Source: Chara braunii
Taxonomy: Eukaryota > Plantae > Charophyceae
Length of the DNA: 64,000 nucleotides
Direction of reading: 5' to 3'
Assembly (NCBI GenBank): GCA_003427395.1
Contig: BFEA01000014.1
Location: 3,188,680 to 3,252,679, forward strand
Shown: positions 62,140 to 64,000 of the stretch, in pieces
Position numbering within the stretch: the first letter of the stretch is position 1
Layout of the letters: each line of letters starts with the position of its first letter
Notes under the pieces: generated by a model
Told to the model about the DNA's origin: nothing
Databases searched by the model: none
The model's input: only the letters and a program-made list of their open reading frames with translations
Translations under genes and position numbers: made by a program

Positions 62140-64000
62140 TTTGAAGATGTGATGAATCTTCCCTCCACCCCCCATCCCGTATTCCAATTTGTTTTTGTTT
62201 TTTTGTTTGATCTTTGAACGAAAAGATGGCGCTGCAGATGTGATGAATCCCCATTCAGCATGGTGGGTGGGAGGGAAGGGAGAGATCAAGATCTGTCCCT
62301 CCCCTCCATTTTTTGTTTTTTTTTTCCATTCCGTATTTCAAGATTTTTTTTTTTTCATTTTTCTTAACCTCTGCGCAGCTGATGAATGGATTTTTTTTTT
62401 TTCATTTTTCTTAACCTCTGCAGATCTGATGAATCGTCATTGAGCATGGTGGGTGGGAGGGAAGGGCGAGGTCCAGATCTCTCCCTTCCCTCCTGCCCCA
62501 TTCCGCAGTTCCAAGTTTTTTCTTGTTCATTTCCGACGAATCTCCACCTTCAAAGTTCTATATTTTTCTTTGTCTTTCGGCATTTCGAATGGAATGGTCG
62601 CGCTGCAGATCTGATGAATCCCCATTCTGCATTCTGCACATCTCTCCCTCAGTCCGCATTCCCTCAGTCTAACTCGATGCTAACTGTACATCTCTCCCTC
62701 AGACTGCATTCCCAGTTTTTTTTCCTTTTTTCTGGATATTTGAACGAAAAGATGGCGCTGCAGATCTGCTGAATCCCCAGTGAGCATGGCGGGTGGGAGG
62801 GACGGGCAAGATCAAGATCGATCTCTCCCTCCCCTCCAACCCCATTCCGTATTTTATGTTTTCTCATTCTCATTTTCATAACCTCTTCAGGGAGATGTCG
62901 CACTGCAGATCTGACGAATCCCCATTGAGCATGGCGCTATGCACGGAAAGGTCGCGCTGGAGTGCTGATGATTCCCCATTGGACAACGAGATCTTCCCCG
63001 TCCCTCCCACCCCCACTCCGTATTTCATTTTTTTCCCTTTTTCCTTTTTNTTTTTTGCAGGGAAAGGTCGCGAAGCACGTATGATGGGATTCCAATTGAC
63101 TATGTCGGGCGATTGGGACCACCCTGTTTTTTTTCTGTGTGCCGACACAAGCAGGCGTAGCACAGAGGGTGCGGTGGTTTGATGTGCACCTGCATCGACG
63201 CTGTTGACAGCAACACTGCAGACACACTGCCTTCGTTCATCACCGGCCGTTGTGTTTCTGTGGATTGGAGGAAAAGGTCCACCTAGTTCCTTCATTGACG
63301 ACACAGATTATGAAAAGCAAAGGTACGCCCCCGTTTCAATGACGTTTTATAGTTTCCTATTTTTTCGGGTCGTTTGCAAATTTTCAGATTCGGGACATTT
63401 GACGAATCCAGCACGAGGGAGGAGAGCTCGAGATCAAGTTTCATCTTTTTTTTTTTTTTTTTCTTTCGGCAAATTTTCTGATTCGGGACATTCGATGAAT
63501 CCAGCACCCGGGAACGGAATGGTCGCGCTGCATATCCGCTGAATCCCCATTGAGCATGGCGGGTGGAAGGGGAGGGCGAGACCGAGATCTCTCCGTCCCC
63601 TCCAACCCCATTCCGTATTTCAAGTTTTTTTTTTCATATTCTCAACCTCTGCAGGCAGATGTTGTGCTGCAAATCTGATGAATGCCCGTAGAGGATGGCG
63701 CCGCAGATCCAATGAATCCCATCGAGATCCCTCCCTTCCCTCCTCTCTCTCTCTAGTTTTTTTTTGCAGGGGAAACTACGCCAGAGTCACCAAAACGAGT
63801 CATAATTGCAGTATGGGTCAAGGTACTGTTTGCAATTGCAGTTCAGTCAATGTACACAACCCAGCTTTCCGGGCAGGCACGGCGCCCGAAGTATTTTTTT
63901 TTTCTTTGAACGTGGTCACGCCGCAGATCCAGCGAATCCCCATTGAGCATGGCGGGCAGAAGGGAAGGGCGAGATCTTGATCTCTCCCTTCCCCACCACC
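62140..64000. repeat. Degenerate tandem/satellite repeat
   Basis: About 10 full or partial copies of GCTGCAGATCTGATGAATCCCCATTGAGCATGGCGGGTGGGAGGG..GAGATC..CTCCCT..CCCCATTCCGTATTT. Confidence 0.85.
63777..63893. mobile_element. Truncated copy of the 36253-36417 foldback element
   Basis: GAGTCAC..ATAATTGCA..GGGTCAAG.TAC.GTTTGCAATTGCAGTTC..CAATGTA.ACAACCCAGCTTTC. Confidence 0.7.

Noticed and set aside
62420-62460. CTGATGA hammerhead ribozyme core in the terminal repeat
   Set aside because: There is no stem II followed by GAAA and no stem III/UH, and the motif varies between copies.

Overview
This window is repeat-saturated eukaryotic nuclear DNA from a gapped draft assembly, with many N-runs and three embedded Nextera mate-pair junction adapters. 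No host gene, rRNA, tRNA or CRISPR array is supported. The repeat types resemble a large streptophyte-algal (Chara-like) genome, but that is only an inference. Main contents: (1) A ~13.6-kb Ty3/Gypsy LTR retrotransposon on the minus strand (7798-21406). It has ~2.6-kb LTRs, a decayed gag-pol, a PHD-finger-like module between RNase H and integrase, two extra ORFs chained behind integrase by ATGA stop/start overlaps, and an ORF inside the LTR. (2) A pile-up of L1/Tx1-clade LINE fragments (21.4-37.8 kb and 58.2-60.3 kb). They share a two-hairpin 3' tail and are associated with a dispersed ~110-bp monomer. (3) A large (>17 kb) DNA-transposon-like locus (~37769-55300) with a broken Sola-like DDD transposase, two or three accessory ORFs of unknown function, arrays of a 34-bp palindrome unit, CCATC-rich DNA, and a MITE carrying the same TIR. 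(4) PIF/Harbinger (Tourist-like) MITEs, microsatellites and satellite-like repeats.
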